A stretch of 62,843 nt of DNA, counting the filler, from Rhabdomonas costata (Eukaryota): NCBI GenBank assembly GCA_019059605.1. It is 53 parts of 53 records of this genome, joined end to end, with 100 filler letters (N's around TTAATTAATTAA, not from the genome) between each part and the next. Parts side by side here need not be neighbours in the genome. Positions count along the whole stretch, not along the records: positions 24,945 to 26,032 come from JAHMHO010029246.1; positions 26,133 to 27,220 come from JAHMHO010029247.1; positions 27,321 to 28,408 come from JAHMHO010029248.1; positions 28,509 to 29,596 come from JAHMHO010029249.1; positions 29,697 to 30,785 come from JAHMHO010029250.1; positions 30,886 to 31,973 come from JAHMHO010029251.1; positions 32,074 to 33,163 come from JAHMHO010029252.1; positions 33,264 to 34,351 come from JAHMHO010029253.1; 45 more parts are not named here. One strand, given 5' to 3'. Positions 25,599-37,600 of the stretch are shown one piece after another; the stretch's first letter is position 1; each line of letters begins with the position of its first letter. The position numbers were made by a program, and so were the translations under genes. The notes under the pieces are model-generated. The model had not been told where the DNA came from, did not search any database, and saw only the letters and a program-made list of their open reading frames with translations.

Positions 25599-26712
25599 CT
25601 GGGCAGACGACCCCAGCCCTTACAAAGACAACTGTCCTGACCAGACCACGGCTTGATTCCATTACCTTGCGGTAATGGTTAACCTTTTCACATATCTTCA
25701 TCATGCTCGAAACAGAAAATAACGGCAGAGGCTGCTGTCGAAGGATTCACCTTCGATAGAAGCGCTCATGTTAAACACCAGAATCACTCCAGAAAACGGG
25801 GCGAGGAGTGTTCTAAAGGAGAAACGGAGACCTGCTCAAGCATCTGGATTCGAGTGCGCTTGCCGTGCAGCTCGTCAATCTGCGGGGCCAACTTATTGCG
25901 TTTGTTGCGGATCGTCGTGACAAAGTCGGACACCACCTTGCTAAGCTCCTGGAAGGGAAGCAAGTGGAGGTGTCTCCAAGTGCGTTGAAGTGCGCACAGG
26001 GGATGGAGCTCTTACCCCTGACCCACCCCACCNNNNNNNNNNNNNNNNNNNNNNNNNNNNNNNNNNNNNNNNNNNNTTAATTAATTAANNNNNNNNNNNN
26101 NNNNNNNNNNNNNNNNNNNNNNNNNNNNNNNNCCCCCAGAGGTTGAGGAGGAGGAGGACAAGGACGACGATGACGAGGAGGAGGAAGAGGAGCTTGAGGA
26201 GGAGGAAAGGTCAGGGGGTGGGCCTGCGGGCTGTAGCTCGGGATTCACCATCACAACGGCATCCAGGGCGGGAATGGGCCCTGTTGTTATTGAATACCAT
26301 CCGCTATATGTATACCGCTATATAAATCAGGACCCGAATTACTGAAGGGTCCAAAAATATGCTAGAGGCTGGAATGACAAAAAATCCAAGACGCACAGGG
26401 GTAAAAACGAGAAGGGGTTGCTGATTTATGAAATGGGAGAGAAAAGCCCTGCAAATAGATGCCCGCGAGTCCGAACGAGTGTTACTGGCTGAGAAGATCG
26501 CGGGAGGGGGATAAGGATTCATAGGGGATGCAGCATGTTGTGCGTCCAGGAGTTTGGCTTCAAGACTATGGAAGTAGAGCATCTCAGTAAACTGCACAGA
26601 GCTAGCAACGCATACCCACTTACAAAAAAACCTCCCTCCACCCTTAGAAGAGCGCGCATCACAATGAGCCACGCCGCTGAACTGCACACAAGCACGAAAA
26701 ACGCAAACCCAC

Positions 26713-26881
26713 CAACAAAGGTGCACGTCTGGCCTCCAAGCAGCTTCGCCACGTTGTTGGCCCGGGGCGTCATGTCCACGGTGACCTGCTCGGCACCCCC
26801 TCCAGCTCGCAGAAGGACGCACTTTACCACTGGCCCGTCCCCACGGAGCAGCTCCATCAGGGATCGCACTGTCGCGTCCAT
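26713..26881 (-). CDS. First exon of a conserved-looking uncharacterised protein
   Basis: MDATVRSLMELLRGDGPVVKCVLLRAGGGAEQVTVDMTPRANNVAKLLGGQTCTFVG; CAG 30 nt upstream of ATG, donor GTGGGT. Confidence 0.65.
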
Positions 26882-28234
26882 CCCACGCTTTGCCGGCGTA
26901 CCAATAACGAGCTGGGGAGAGTAGATGATGCTGACAAACCCACTTCGCTTCAACTGCTAAACTCCAGATAAAATGCAGATGTAAAAAGAGCTGAGCACTG
27001 GAAAAAACCCAGTCGCGAGTGCAACAAACAACAACACGCAGCCCTCCCCTTCAGAGCTTGAAGCGGATGAGCAGTGATTCGTCTCGGCTGACAAGCAGAC
27101 TGCTCACACAGCCTAAGTGCCTTTGCCTAAGAGCCACTGCCAATCAGCGTCGTAACGTAGTAACCCACTCGACACCCAACCACACACACTGAGCCCTGGA
27201 AACAGATATGACAAAACACCNNNNNNNNNNNNNNNNNNNNNNNNNNNNNNNNNNNNNNNNNNNNTTAATTAATTAANNNNNNNNNNNNNNNNNNNNNNNN
27301 NNNNNNNNNNNNNNNNNNNNGTATGGGGTGGAGACGGAGGACGCCAGTGGGGTCCCAACCCACAATGCCTGTACATTCACGTGGAGTGTGTGCTGGGGTT
27401 GGGATGAGTGTGGACGTGGGGGTTGTTTTTCTCCATGCATTCCCTGACGATCTGTATCACTTCTTTGTTTTTTTCCGGGGATGGCGTGGTTGTAGATTGA
27501 GCTTTGTGTACTTTTCAGATATGATTGAACGGGAATATGGCAGGCTGCTATGTCAATCTCAGTTTGTTCCCTCTGCTCTTCATTACGGAGGAGACAGGAT
27601 AACGAAGCGCATACGCAAGTGGGTGCTCGTGCGTGTGCCTGACCACGTGGCACACCCTTGCGGTGAGTGGACACGTCCCCCGAGTCGCACACACGACGAA
27701 TGGTACCCCATTCTGTTTTCTCCTTTTTTTCTATTCCTTTCCTTTCCTCTCTTTTTTCTTCGCTTCTCAACGATGCGGACTGCGAGCCCTTCACGACACT
27801 TGCCGCTGCATTCACTTCGTTTTGTCCAGAAGCTTTGGAGGGGGGGGGGTGTTGAAGTTGACCCGTCTTTGTTTAGGCGCACACAATTTCTATGATGCTA
27901 CACCACGCATGCCGGAGGACGCCGAACGAAGCGGTAAAGCCGACAATTTCGCCCTACACTTAACCCCTTTCGGATTTTGGACTTGATGATTGCCGCATCC
28001 TCCCCATATTCATTTTTTTTACCTCTCTTTATACTTTTATGGGCGATTTTAGATCAATTTGTGTTCTCTTCATTCTTTCAGACATTTCCGTACTTTTCTT
28101 GTGTGTTTTGTGCTGTGTCCTGCTGGATTGGGCTTTTGAGAGAGTATTCACTCGCATACACGCCCACGCCTTCACGCACACATACTCTCGCTCTCCCCGT
28201 TGGAAATGCCGCTGGTCGCTGGGCAATCCTATAG

Positions 28235-28289
28235 CTGCCACAAGGAGTGGCTCGTGAAGCACCCCAACGGCACGGTCGACGTGGTGGAG
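28235..28289 (+). CDS. Short internal exon, unidentified
   Basis: taTAG|C CHKEWLVKHPNGTVDVVE|GTCTAC, strongly GC3. Confidence 0.4.
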
Positions 28290-28508
28290 GTCTACCGCTG
28301 CCTAGTCTTTACTGGAGAGAAGGCTTCTGCAGATGCGCCTGCCCGCGAGCTGGGCAGCTTTCTGCACGTTGAAGAGAGAAAGTGCATCCCATTCCCCCCC
28401 AACCCACCNNNNNNNNNNNNNNNNNNNNNNNNNNNNNNNNNNNNNNNNNNNNTTAATTAATTAANNNNNNNNNNNNNNNNNNNNNNNNNNNNNNNNNNNN
28501 NNNNNNNN

Positions 28509-29083
28509 GTGTGGGTGTTCGTCGACCTGGCCGGGTTTGTGCGGTTCACGGAGACCCTGCTGGACCGCCCCGATGCCGAGGAGCTGCTGTCCTCCTTCCT
28601 GTCCGAGCATTACCAAAGGTTTGCCATTTCATCTTGATCCTGAGGCCACATGCAAGACGCCAATGCATGGCCTTCTGTGCAGGAAAAGGTTCGGCTCCTT
28701 GCCATATGAGAGCGCTCGAACCATATACATGAGACTATCAGCCCTGTTCTCATAGATTTAATGTGAAGTGGGCTGTTGGTGAGCGTTCTGCAGTGTTACT
28801 TAGTGCTCTGGGATGTGCGCAACTCTCTTGATGTTGGCTTCCACCTTCCTCAGTGGCAAAGGGGATTCCCAGTAATCGAGTGAGTTACTGAATAACTTTC
28901 CCCAGGACAGGCTGACGGGTTGTCCCATCGCTCTTTTGTTGTCCATATCGATGATATTTGGCTGACTCTTAATTGGACTACCAACTGCTCTGCCACAGGG
29001 TGCTGGAGGTGATTCGAAGATACAGCGGAGATGTGGCTTTCTTCGCGGGGGACGCCGTGATGTCGCTGTGGCTCTGCGCTAAG
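28509..29083 (+). CDS. Class III nucleotide cyclase, soluble adenylyl cyclase (ADCY10)-like C1 domain; exons 28509-28618 and 28999-29083
   Basis: VFVDLAGFVRFTETLLDRPDAEELLSSFLSEHYQRVLEVIRRYSGDVAFFAGDAVMSLW; both metal-binding Asp motifs present; phase-2 GT-AG intron. Confidence 0.88.
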
Positions 29084-30885
29084 GCCAGCCTTTGCTTCTC
29101 AACCCTCTCCGGCTTTTATTTGTGCCTGTTTACTTCTTCTTGCTTTGTTAGGTGTCAACCTGCTCGCCGCAAAACGTTTGCCCTTGCTGTTCGTTTTATT
29201 CACTGCCCGATCTTATAGGAACCATGAAACTGTCGTCGCAATAGAAAGTTGAGGTAAAAACCCTTCACTCTCCCGAATCTGCGGAATCTGCGGAAGCCAA
29301 TTGTTCATGTTGGCTTCCTAGGGCAAGCTCCGGCTCCCGGATCGGGTACTTTGTCTTGTTTTCCTCAGGAGACTGACCTCCAGTCCCTTTCCAGAGTAGC
29401 TGTTGACTGTGCCTCGGAGCTGCTTTCCGTTGAGGACGGCGCCTTGTCCGAATTCTGCCCGCAGAAGCTCCCTCCCCACATCGGTGCGTGGGCTCTGTTA
29501 TAGTGGAAACCAGCACACCAAACAACCGCTGTTTCTCCGCTATGAATTGACCTGATCATCGTTTTGAACCCACAAAACCCAAACGCACCTAACACANNNN
29601 NNNNNNNNNNNNNNNNNNNNNNNNNNNNNNNNNNNNNNNNTTAATTAATTAANNNNNNNNNNNNNNNNNNNNNNNNNNNNNNNNNNNNNNNNNNNNTTGT
29701 TGTGGTATTGGTCACACATCCACCTTCCGGCATTGGATCGCGCAACTGGGTCGCCTCTTTTTCGGCAGGCAGCCCGACGCAGCCCGTACGCTGCTCGTCC
29801 CAGCCGCAATGTGGAGTCGCCACTGTGACCGCGCCTTGCGGCAGATTGGTACTGGCCTCCGGCTCCTTTGTTAAATTGTTGTGTACGACGCCCACTCATT
29901 CCCACAAAGGCGCCTTCTGGTTTTCCATTTGCTTGTGCCCCGCGTTTCTGTATCATGTGTCTAGCGGACACTGGACAACGTTCTGTTGACAAGTATTGGG
30001 ACTTTGCTAAATCTGTCCCTGGCGTCCGGCAACGGTACTAATGCAAACCCACCAAGCCCGATGGTGTCCAAGTTGCAGCTCTTCAGCGAATTGCTCATGT
30101 CAGAATGAGGAAGTTGTTTTTTCTCCGCACTCTTCAGCGACTCCCTCTTTCGCTTTTTCTCCCGTTTCCGGTTTGTTCCCGAGGAGAGAAAGGGCGGCGT
30201 ATACCTCCCGGTGCACCGAAAGGCGGGGGTGTGCGCGCGTTAACGAAATGGCGAAGTACGTGATGGAGGTGCTGACGCAGCTTTGGAAGCTTTGGCGGAA
30301 GCCAAAGCCCGAGGAGGCGCTTCCGGAGGAGGCCGAGACCCGAGGCAGCGGGTGATTGAAATGGCTAGCCAAGGTTCCCGCGACACTGCAGCCGTGATCG
30401 GAACGAATTTTGTCGACTGCGGAAAGCCCGTTGCAGCCTGTGCGGCGAGATTTATCTGTGCAATTTTGTTGCAAATTGGCCGCACCTGCTTCGGAAGAAT
30501 TGCAAGGGATTTGGGGAATGGTCCGGTTCTTCCACTCCTATAAAGTGGAACTCCAGCTTTATGGTGGATTCGGATTCTTCCCCGTTCGTGCGTGGATATT
30601 ACCATTTCAATGAACGCCGCCCCCCTCCTTTCCTCACTCCCTGTGGTACGGTACGCTTTCATGTGTGCGTGTTCAGGAGTTTGTGAAGGCCTTCCAATCG
30701 CGAGAAGACCACCCCTACCTTCGAGACCCCATCTGGAGGCAGCTGGTGTACCAGCGCTTCTTGGTTGCTCGGAGCTGGGATCTGCNNNNNNNNNNNNNNN
30801 NNNNNNNNNNNNNNNNNNNNNNNNNNNNNTTAATTAATTAANNNNNNNNNNNNNNNNNNNNNNNNNNNNNNNNNNNNNNNNNNNN

Positions 30886-31678
30886 TGTTGGGTGGAATAC
30901 ACTTTCCCGAAGGTTCTGTGTGAGTAGTCTGCGCTGAGCAAAGCAATGCTGCGAAGAAGGAGTAAGTGGATTTCTCATGCTACCCACCACGTCGTTCCAA
31001 AAGTTAACCTCGTTATCAAGCAGCTGCTTCGTAGAGCTTCCGTGGGGCTTCACACCAATGAGTTCCACCCGAGAATGGCAGTGGAAATGGTGCGACAAGC
31101 TCGTCTCACCCTCAGGAACAATCCGGAAGTAGACATGAAGGTCCTTCTCCTCGGCACGCTCCTCTGCCAAAGAATCCTGCAAGGTGTCCTCCACCTCGCG
31201 GTACGTCGACTCATTGGAGGCCTTCACCTCGGCCTTAGAGACCCACCCTATCTCCTGCCCATCGTAATCACGAATGTAATAATTCTCCTGGTCGGCGGCC
31301 TCGTCAGTAAGCTCCGCAAAGCACCGGATGGAAAGAAAGCCCAGCCGCACGTCAGACCTTCGGCACACCACCTTGCCAATCTTCGCGTGCTCGAGCTTTC
31401 TGTACTCTCGTCTCAGCAGGTTTCCTGGGTCAAACACCGTCTCAGGGTCGTCTTCGGGAACACAGAAGCTGGAGGGACGAGGAACCGGTGCCCGGAACTC
31501 CACCAAGCAGTTGTCGGTGAGGGATTTGTCCTCGTCCCGCGACCGCCCAGACCCACAAGAGAACATTTTGCCGGTCTCCAGTTCGACAATGTAGGCCAGC
31601 CTTCCGTCGAACCGGCATATGCCCAGCCTGCGCCTCGCGGAAGGGGTAGCTGCGGTTGGGCTTCCTCCCGCAAATTGT
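30886..31678 (-). CDS. Large exon (over 230 codons) of unidentified globular protein
   Basis: Strong polypyrimidine acceptor tctcttttgCAG followed by a long open frame with protein-like composition; 3' boundary uncertain. Confidence 0.65.
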
Positions 31679-32992
31679 CTGCAAAAAGAGAGAAAAGAAA
31701 GAGAAGGAGGAAGAAAAAACACCACCAGAAACTCAAGCGAAGGAAATTAAAACAACACACCCAACTGACGAGTAGCTTCGGTGCAGTTCCTAAAGAGCAT
31801 AAACGATGGAGTTACACAACTACCAAAATGCAGGAAGATGCCCAAAAAGACAGGAAAGAATCCGCGGGATTTTTTTGATCACAGAAAGAAACCGTTTTTG
31901 CAGAAAAATGACGAAAACAACAACCGGTAAAACAGTACAGATGGTGAATCAAAAAAATCACGATTTTTCGGAGNNNNNNNNNNNNNNNNNNNNNNNNNNN
32001 NNNNNNNNNNNNNNNNNTTAATTAATTAANNNNNNNNNNNNNNNNNNNNNNNNNNNNNNNNNNNNNNNNNNNNTGTTCTCCAAATACCCTAACCACACTT
32101 CCCTTTGTAACTGAAATAAATCGCAATTGCAATCCCAGAACTTTCACCCAAACGATGAATTCGGCTTAGTATTTTTTCTGGGGGGGGGGTGAGGTATTTT
32201 TTATTCTCAAAGGCCGCCCGCTCTCGCAGCACCGTGGACTGGCCTTGGCCCCTAAACCAACTTGAACTGGATCAATTTGGCCCCCATCCAGAAACTTGCA
32301 AATGTCAAGCCAACCCCCTTCAAAATTCCGGAATATGGACACCAAATGCCGAGTGAGTTCCGAGTGAGAAGTAAAAGGTGTTCGAGGTTTCGTCAGTTGT
32401 TATTCATACTTGTTATGTCGCTGGTGATACTTGTGTATGGGTGGAATACTGAGTTAAACTTGGGGCTAACCCTCCACATCACCCTCACGTTTTGTTCTGC
32501 CCTCCCACCTCAGAACAAACTCTGGAGTTTGCGTTCAACACAACATTCGACACAACATTTTCCGGGAGGCGGCCGCGGAGGGTGAATCGGGGGGCGATCA
32601 TGGGCAAGCTTGTCTCCTTATGAAGAAGGGTAGTTGGGTGAGGAAGGGGTGACCTCTTCGTCTTGTATAGATATTGTGTGGGGACCGGCCGCACGCTTTG
32701 TCACTTTGATGTCATGTCGCGATTTCCGCGAAATATGGCACCCAGATTTTTCGTCGCGTGCGCTGAAACGATGAAGTGACCACTGCAAAGAAACCTTATT
32801 GTTGTCTTTTCAGCTTCCAGCCGCGGACGTCACGCAAGGGGCGGGCGGGTACTCTCCCGGTGGCCGAGGACCCCCGTCACCTTCCATGGGCCTGCCAATG
32901 CTGCAGCCAACCGTCCAAAACTTTTCGGACGTCCAAGCTGCGGTATTAGATGAGCAACCACTTTTCACTCACTCGTGGAACACGTCCCTCAC

Positions 32993-32995
<3 letters not shown>

Positions 32996-33037
<42 letters not shown>
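32996..33037. repeat. (CA)n microsatellite abutting a 3' splice site
   Basis: About 21 CA units ending in CAG|G. Confidence 0.95.
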
Positions 33038-33038
<1 letters not shown>

Positions 33039-33039
<1 letters not shown>

Positions 33040-33163
33040 CAGCCTCGAGGTACCGGAGGCTCAGCGGACGAGGTCAGGAATAGCCCGTACCGCAAAGACA
33101 GAGCGAAGTGCTGGCACGGCGACGCCTGCAGATACCGGTGCTGCCCGTTTACCCATCCGAAAG
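33039..33163 (+). CDS. Exon with Nab2/ZC3H14-type CCCH zinc finger
   Basis: KCWHGDACRYRCCPFTHP = C-x5-C-x4-C-x3-H-P. Confidence 0.7.
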
Positions 33164-33263
33164 NNNNNNNNNNNNNNNNNNNNNNNNNNNNNNNNNNNNN
33201 NNNNNNNTTAATTAATTAANNNNNNNNNNNNNNNNNNNNNNNNNNNNNNNNNNNNNNNNNNNN

Positions 33264-34253
33264 AGCAATCCCAGCCCCCAGAGGTGCCCCCTTTGGAGGT
33301 GGAGTTCCGCGCGACTCAATGCCGGAGCCTCGCTCAGCTTTCAAACCGCGACGCGTGGACTTATGTCCACGGCGCGGAGAGCTCCGGAAAGACGTTCACG
33401 GTGAACCGCTGGCTTCAGGTATTCTCGGAAGAGGGGATGGAAGGAGGCTGTTTATCACTGCTCTAGAAGTTTATTGGGTTCTTATCCCTCCCCACCGTCC
33501 TGGTTTAGGAAATATGCCACCCGAAGTCGGTGCCGTGGGAAAGTCGAGGGAACTCAGCGCGTGTTTGACACATGAAAGTTACCTTCGAATTTCGTGTTTT
33601 CTTTCAATGAGTCTCTCTTCTTTTCTCTTCTTTCCTATTGGCTGAATCACAGCACGAGCGGCTGCCGTGTGGGGTGTTCTCGTGCACCCCGACCAGCACC
33701 CTGGGAGACATTCTGACGGGGTGGGCCGGATCGCTGGCGTCTTCTCTGCTGTGGCTGGGTCTGGCCGAGTCCTGCACGGAAAAGGCTTCCATGGGAAAGC
33801 GGAAGTTTTCAGTTGGTGTACTTGCGTGAGAATTCTCTTCTTTGGGTAATCTCCCGCTACGTTCGATCTACCTCTGCCTGCCTCATGGGCGTTTTGAGCG
33901 AAACGCCGTATGCACACCCAGTGTATACTGCTCAACGGCCACTCCGCTTCGGTAAAGCGATTTGGAAATCCACCACCCTTCCCCATGGGTCACCAGGAGT
34001 TTGAATATTTCTCTTCTTAACTCTCAGTTGATCGAATGGAAAGACTGCCATGCGCAGACGTGTATTCTCATGCCTTCGTGCAATCGCCCGTTGCAACCCC
34101 ACCCTCAGGGCGATGCAGCAGTGATCTGCGGGCCTTCCTGAGGCTCCTCTTTCGCCTTCTGGGCAGCGCTGACCTCCACCTCCGGCGCTACAAGAAGCTG
34201 CATTGCTTTCAGCGCTCCCAAGCCTTCTACTTGGTCCTTGACAACGTCGAGAG
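33264..34253 (+). CDS. ORC5: ORC5-like AAA+ ATPase N-terminus; exons to 33418, 33653-33815, 34109-34253
   Basis: FRATQCRSLAQL...YVHGAESSGKTFTVNRWLQ|HERLPCGVFSC...|...FYLVLDNVER parallels ORC5 R..Q...L...IFIYGHTASGKT...LPHVFVNC...YIVLDKAE; both introns are phase-consistent. Confidence 0.72.
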
Positions 34254-37214
34254 GTATCTGCGATGTGTCTCTCCAGGAGAATTTTTTTGACAGAGTCCTT
34301 TTCCCCCTTGGTTTTGCTGAGGCGAAAGCAAGGCTAGCCTTCACAAACAAANNNNNNNNNNNNNNNNNNNNNNNNNNNNNNNNNNNNNNNNNNNNTTAAT
34401 TAATTAANNNNNNNNNNNNNNNNNNNNNNNNNNNNNNNNNNNNNNNNNNNNTTGTTGGGGGGCGAAGCATTAGGGCGCACCCAGAAGGAAACTTCTAGGC
34501 AGTCAGATTTTGTCTTCGCTCACCGCAAAAGCCTGCCATCCTGCAGACACTGTTTCCAGGTTAACAAACGAAATCCACGGAGAAGGGAAGTAGGGAAGTA
34601 GTATAAGAGAAAGTGCGTGCGCGTGTTTGAGGGTACACACAATGGCGGTTACACCGCAGTTAATCTATTTTCGCTGGCGTGGAATGCAGCAACAGCGTCG
34701 GGGAGCGGTGCCCGCAGCAATGCGTGCTCAGTGGATCCGGTGAGCATGCGAGTTAGGGATGATGCAGATAACAGCACTGCGGGCTTCTTTGGAGAACCGA
34801 TATTTCCGGAGGCAGGGAATGCTTGGGAATGAAAAATGTAAATGGGGGTTGTCAATTGACCACTGCGCTGGGCAAGTAGCGTCCTGTTTCAGATGCTTGT
34901 CTCCCTGATTGTGCTGGGGCAACCTTCCGAGATGGTGGCAAAGGATAGGGCAGCGAAGAAAGCTTCTCCGACGCCGTGCGACCACTGAAGTGGAAACGAC
35001 ACGCCAGGTGTCAACAGCTGAGGTAGGAGATGCTGCCGCTGCTGCCGTTCTCCTGATGAGTGTCTGTCTGTGAAGGGTCATTTTGTGCACTGCCTTCTGA
35101 CGCGTTTCCTGACAAAAGCCCATGTAGATCCCGTTGAGCTGAAGCGCCCGCGCGCTTCTTATGCACGTGCTGCAGGTGCTGAGAGCCTGGAATCGAGAAC
35201 TGCCCACGAAGTTGGCGCGACAAGCGTATCGGATGTGGCCGCAGCTGAGCCCACTGCGGGCAGCGCTCCACTTGGTTTTTCCCTGTTCAGCGCGGGCATC
35301 GTGTTGAAACGCATCGGCGAAAGTGACGCTGCGCTGATATGGAACTGCCTTTTCTCAAATGGAGGAAGCCACTGCAGTGCGCTGGGAGGGGTCTGCTTTT
35401 GCGGAGGAAGTGCTGGCACCAGCAGCCATTCCCTGGAATCATGTGGGCCCATGCCAGTGCGGCTCGCAGCCTGGCTGGGTCCGCCGATCTCAAGAGCATG
35501 TGATTTGCCGGGAATGGCAGAAGAATGCATGGGGCGGCCNNNNNNNNNNNNNNNNNNNNNNNNNNNNNNNNNNNNNNNNNNNNTTAATTAATTAANNNNN
35601 NNNNNNNNNNNNNNNNNNNNNNNNNNNNNNNNNNNNNNNTGTGTTTGTGTAAATGTGTCAGTAGTGTGTTTGTGTGGATGAACAATGTGCGGGGGCAGCG
35701 CCGCCTCGGTCAGAATAAATGTGTGCTTTGCGGGCCGAGACAGAGGCTGCAGCTTTTGCTGAGAAGACACAGAAAGCAGCAGAAAGAGAGAACGGGGCGA
35801 CGTGAAGATAGGTCACCGCGCGGCTGTCTCAGCCGCAAGGCTGTGAGAGTGAAGTTCACAAACCTCCCTTTCCGGGAAACCCCACGTCACAAAACGAACC
35901 AACAAAATAAGAATTTGTGTATGTGGGGGGGGGGTCTTTTTTATGTGTGTGGGTCTTTTTTGCTTTAAATATCAGTTCGGTTTTGGTCCTCGTACCCCCG
36001 ACCCTTTACTCATTGCAAGTTTGGCGGCCCATCGAGCACACAAATAACACGGTTCCAAACGAGAAGAGCATGCGTGCCATGCACGGGTGTGGCGTGCAGC
36101 GCTCGTGCGAACATTTCCACACAAAACCCAGATTGGTGGTGGTGTGCAGGTTGGACGTTTCCAAAATCTATAGTCCCCTGAACATCCATAAAGAACACAG
36201 AAAGAATGCAGCGACAGAGAACATACGTAGTCATGGAAGTCCAGCTTGGGGCCATGGATCGGAGGCTTCGAGGTGCGCACCAGGACATTCTCGTCCAGGT
36301 AAGGGTTCAGAGTGTGCGTCTGGCCCCACTTCTGTAGCACCCCTCGGGCTTTTCGCAGCATCCTTCTTCCTCTGCTATCCCTGAGCCGATCTACACTCGG
36401 TAGGCTCTCTCCACCTCTCTCCTGAGATACTCACATACGGGCACCCCCCGAAAAGAAGAAAGAACAACAATAGATTTCAAGACCACAGAATACAGGAAAA
36501 GGGACGCAATTATGGCGATGGCCGTTCTCGAACCGTTTCTTTGAAAGTTGTTCACCTCCCCTTACTGCCAAAGGCTTTCCAGGCTTTGACATGCTGCAGG
36601 CTGGTGCTTCTATCGTGGGGTCGGAGTTCGAGGAAGCGCACGCTTCTGAGGGATGCGCAGTTAAAATCGCCAGGTATTCGAATGGCAACAAATATGTCCA
36701 TCTCATCCACATCCACCCATGCCACAGNNNNNNNNNNNNNNNNNNNNNNNNNNNNNNNNNNNNNNNNNNNNTTAATTAATTAANNNNNNNNNNNNNNNNN
36801 NNNNNNNNNNNNNNNNNNNNNNNNNNNGGGGGGTGGGGGGTGCAGAGAGGCAGCTCAAGAAGCCACTTAACAAACCAGACACATGAGACGAATGAGAACA
36901 CAGTTTCTTCGACCAGGAATGTGCTTCGAAGATGTTTCCTTTTTTCAAGTTGAAAAACTGCTTGCGCCAGCGCGATCAGCTCACTTAGTCATATTCAGGT
37001 AAGGTCTTTCCCCAAGGGGCGATGGTCTCTGTAAGCAAGCCTACGACAACCATTTCATATATTCTACTCATATTCCATTCAACTCATCATGAGAAACTGG
37101 GGAAAACCCAATGCAACACAACTCAATCTCTGGAAAAGACTTCAAGCCGTCATTCCAAACTTCACAGCTCGCTCGATTCCAAAGCAAAATGTGGCATTCA
37201 TATGGCATGCATAC

Positions 37215-37600
37215 TCTTTTCCGTCAGTGCCTGCTGACTCTTCAGGATGGTTTGCTGCAAACCACGGATCTCCGCCTCATATTCCTGAAGGTTGGAGGGA
37301 AGCTGCAGAATGGCTCTCTTTGCGCTGCTCTCCAGCAAAATGCTCGAGCACAGAAAAACTCCGGCAATCGACAAGCAAACGTTTCAACTGCAATTTAACC
37401 TCTGGGCAGGGAAGACAGCGAGCGACCATACCTTCTTCATGGTTGCGCAGTGGGTCTGAATTCCCTCAAACAAAGATGCAGTCTGCTTCAGCCTGTGGTC
37501 GAACACCGCCTGCTGCTTCCTGAGATCAGTGTTCTCCGTGGTGAGCCGATCCACCTCCTCCGAGTGGCGCCTCTCAAGCTCAACGATCTCTTTAGAACAT
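37215..37600 (-). CDS. Coiled-coil protein, exons 37600-37432 and 37284-37215
   Basis: CSKEIVELERRHSEEVDRLTTENTDLRKQQ...MKK|EYEAEIRGLQQTILKSQQALTEK; donors GTATGG and GTATGC. Confidence 0.55.

Noticed and set aside
30946..31878. 310-aa plus-strand ORF as a real gene
   Set aside because: Antisense shadow of the minus-strand exon, with an Arg/Leu/His/Val-rich composition typical of such shadows.
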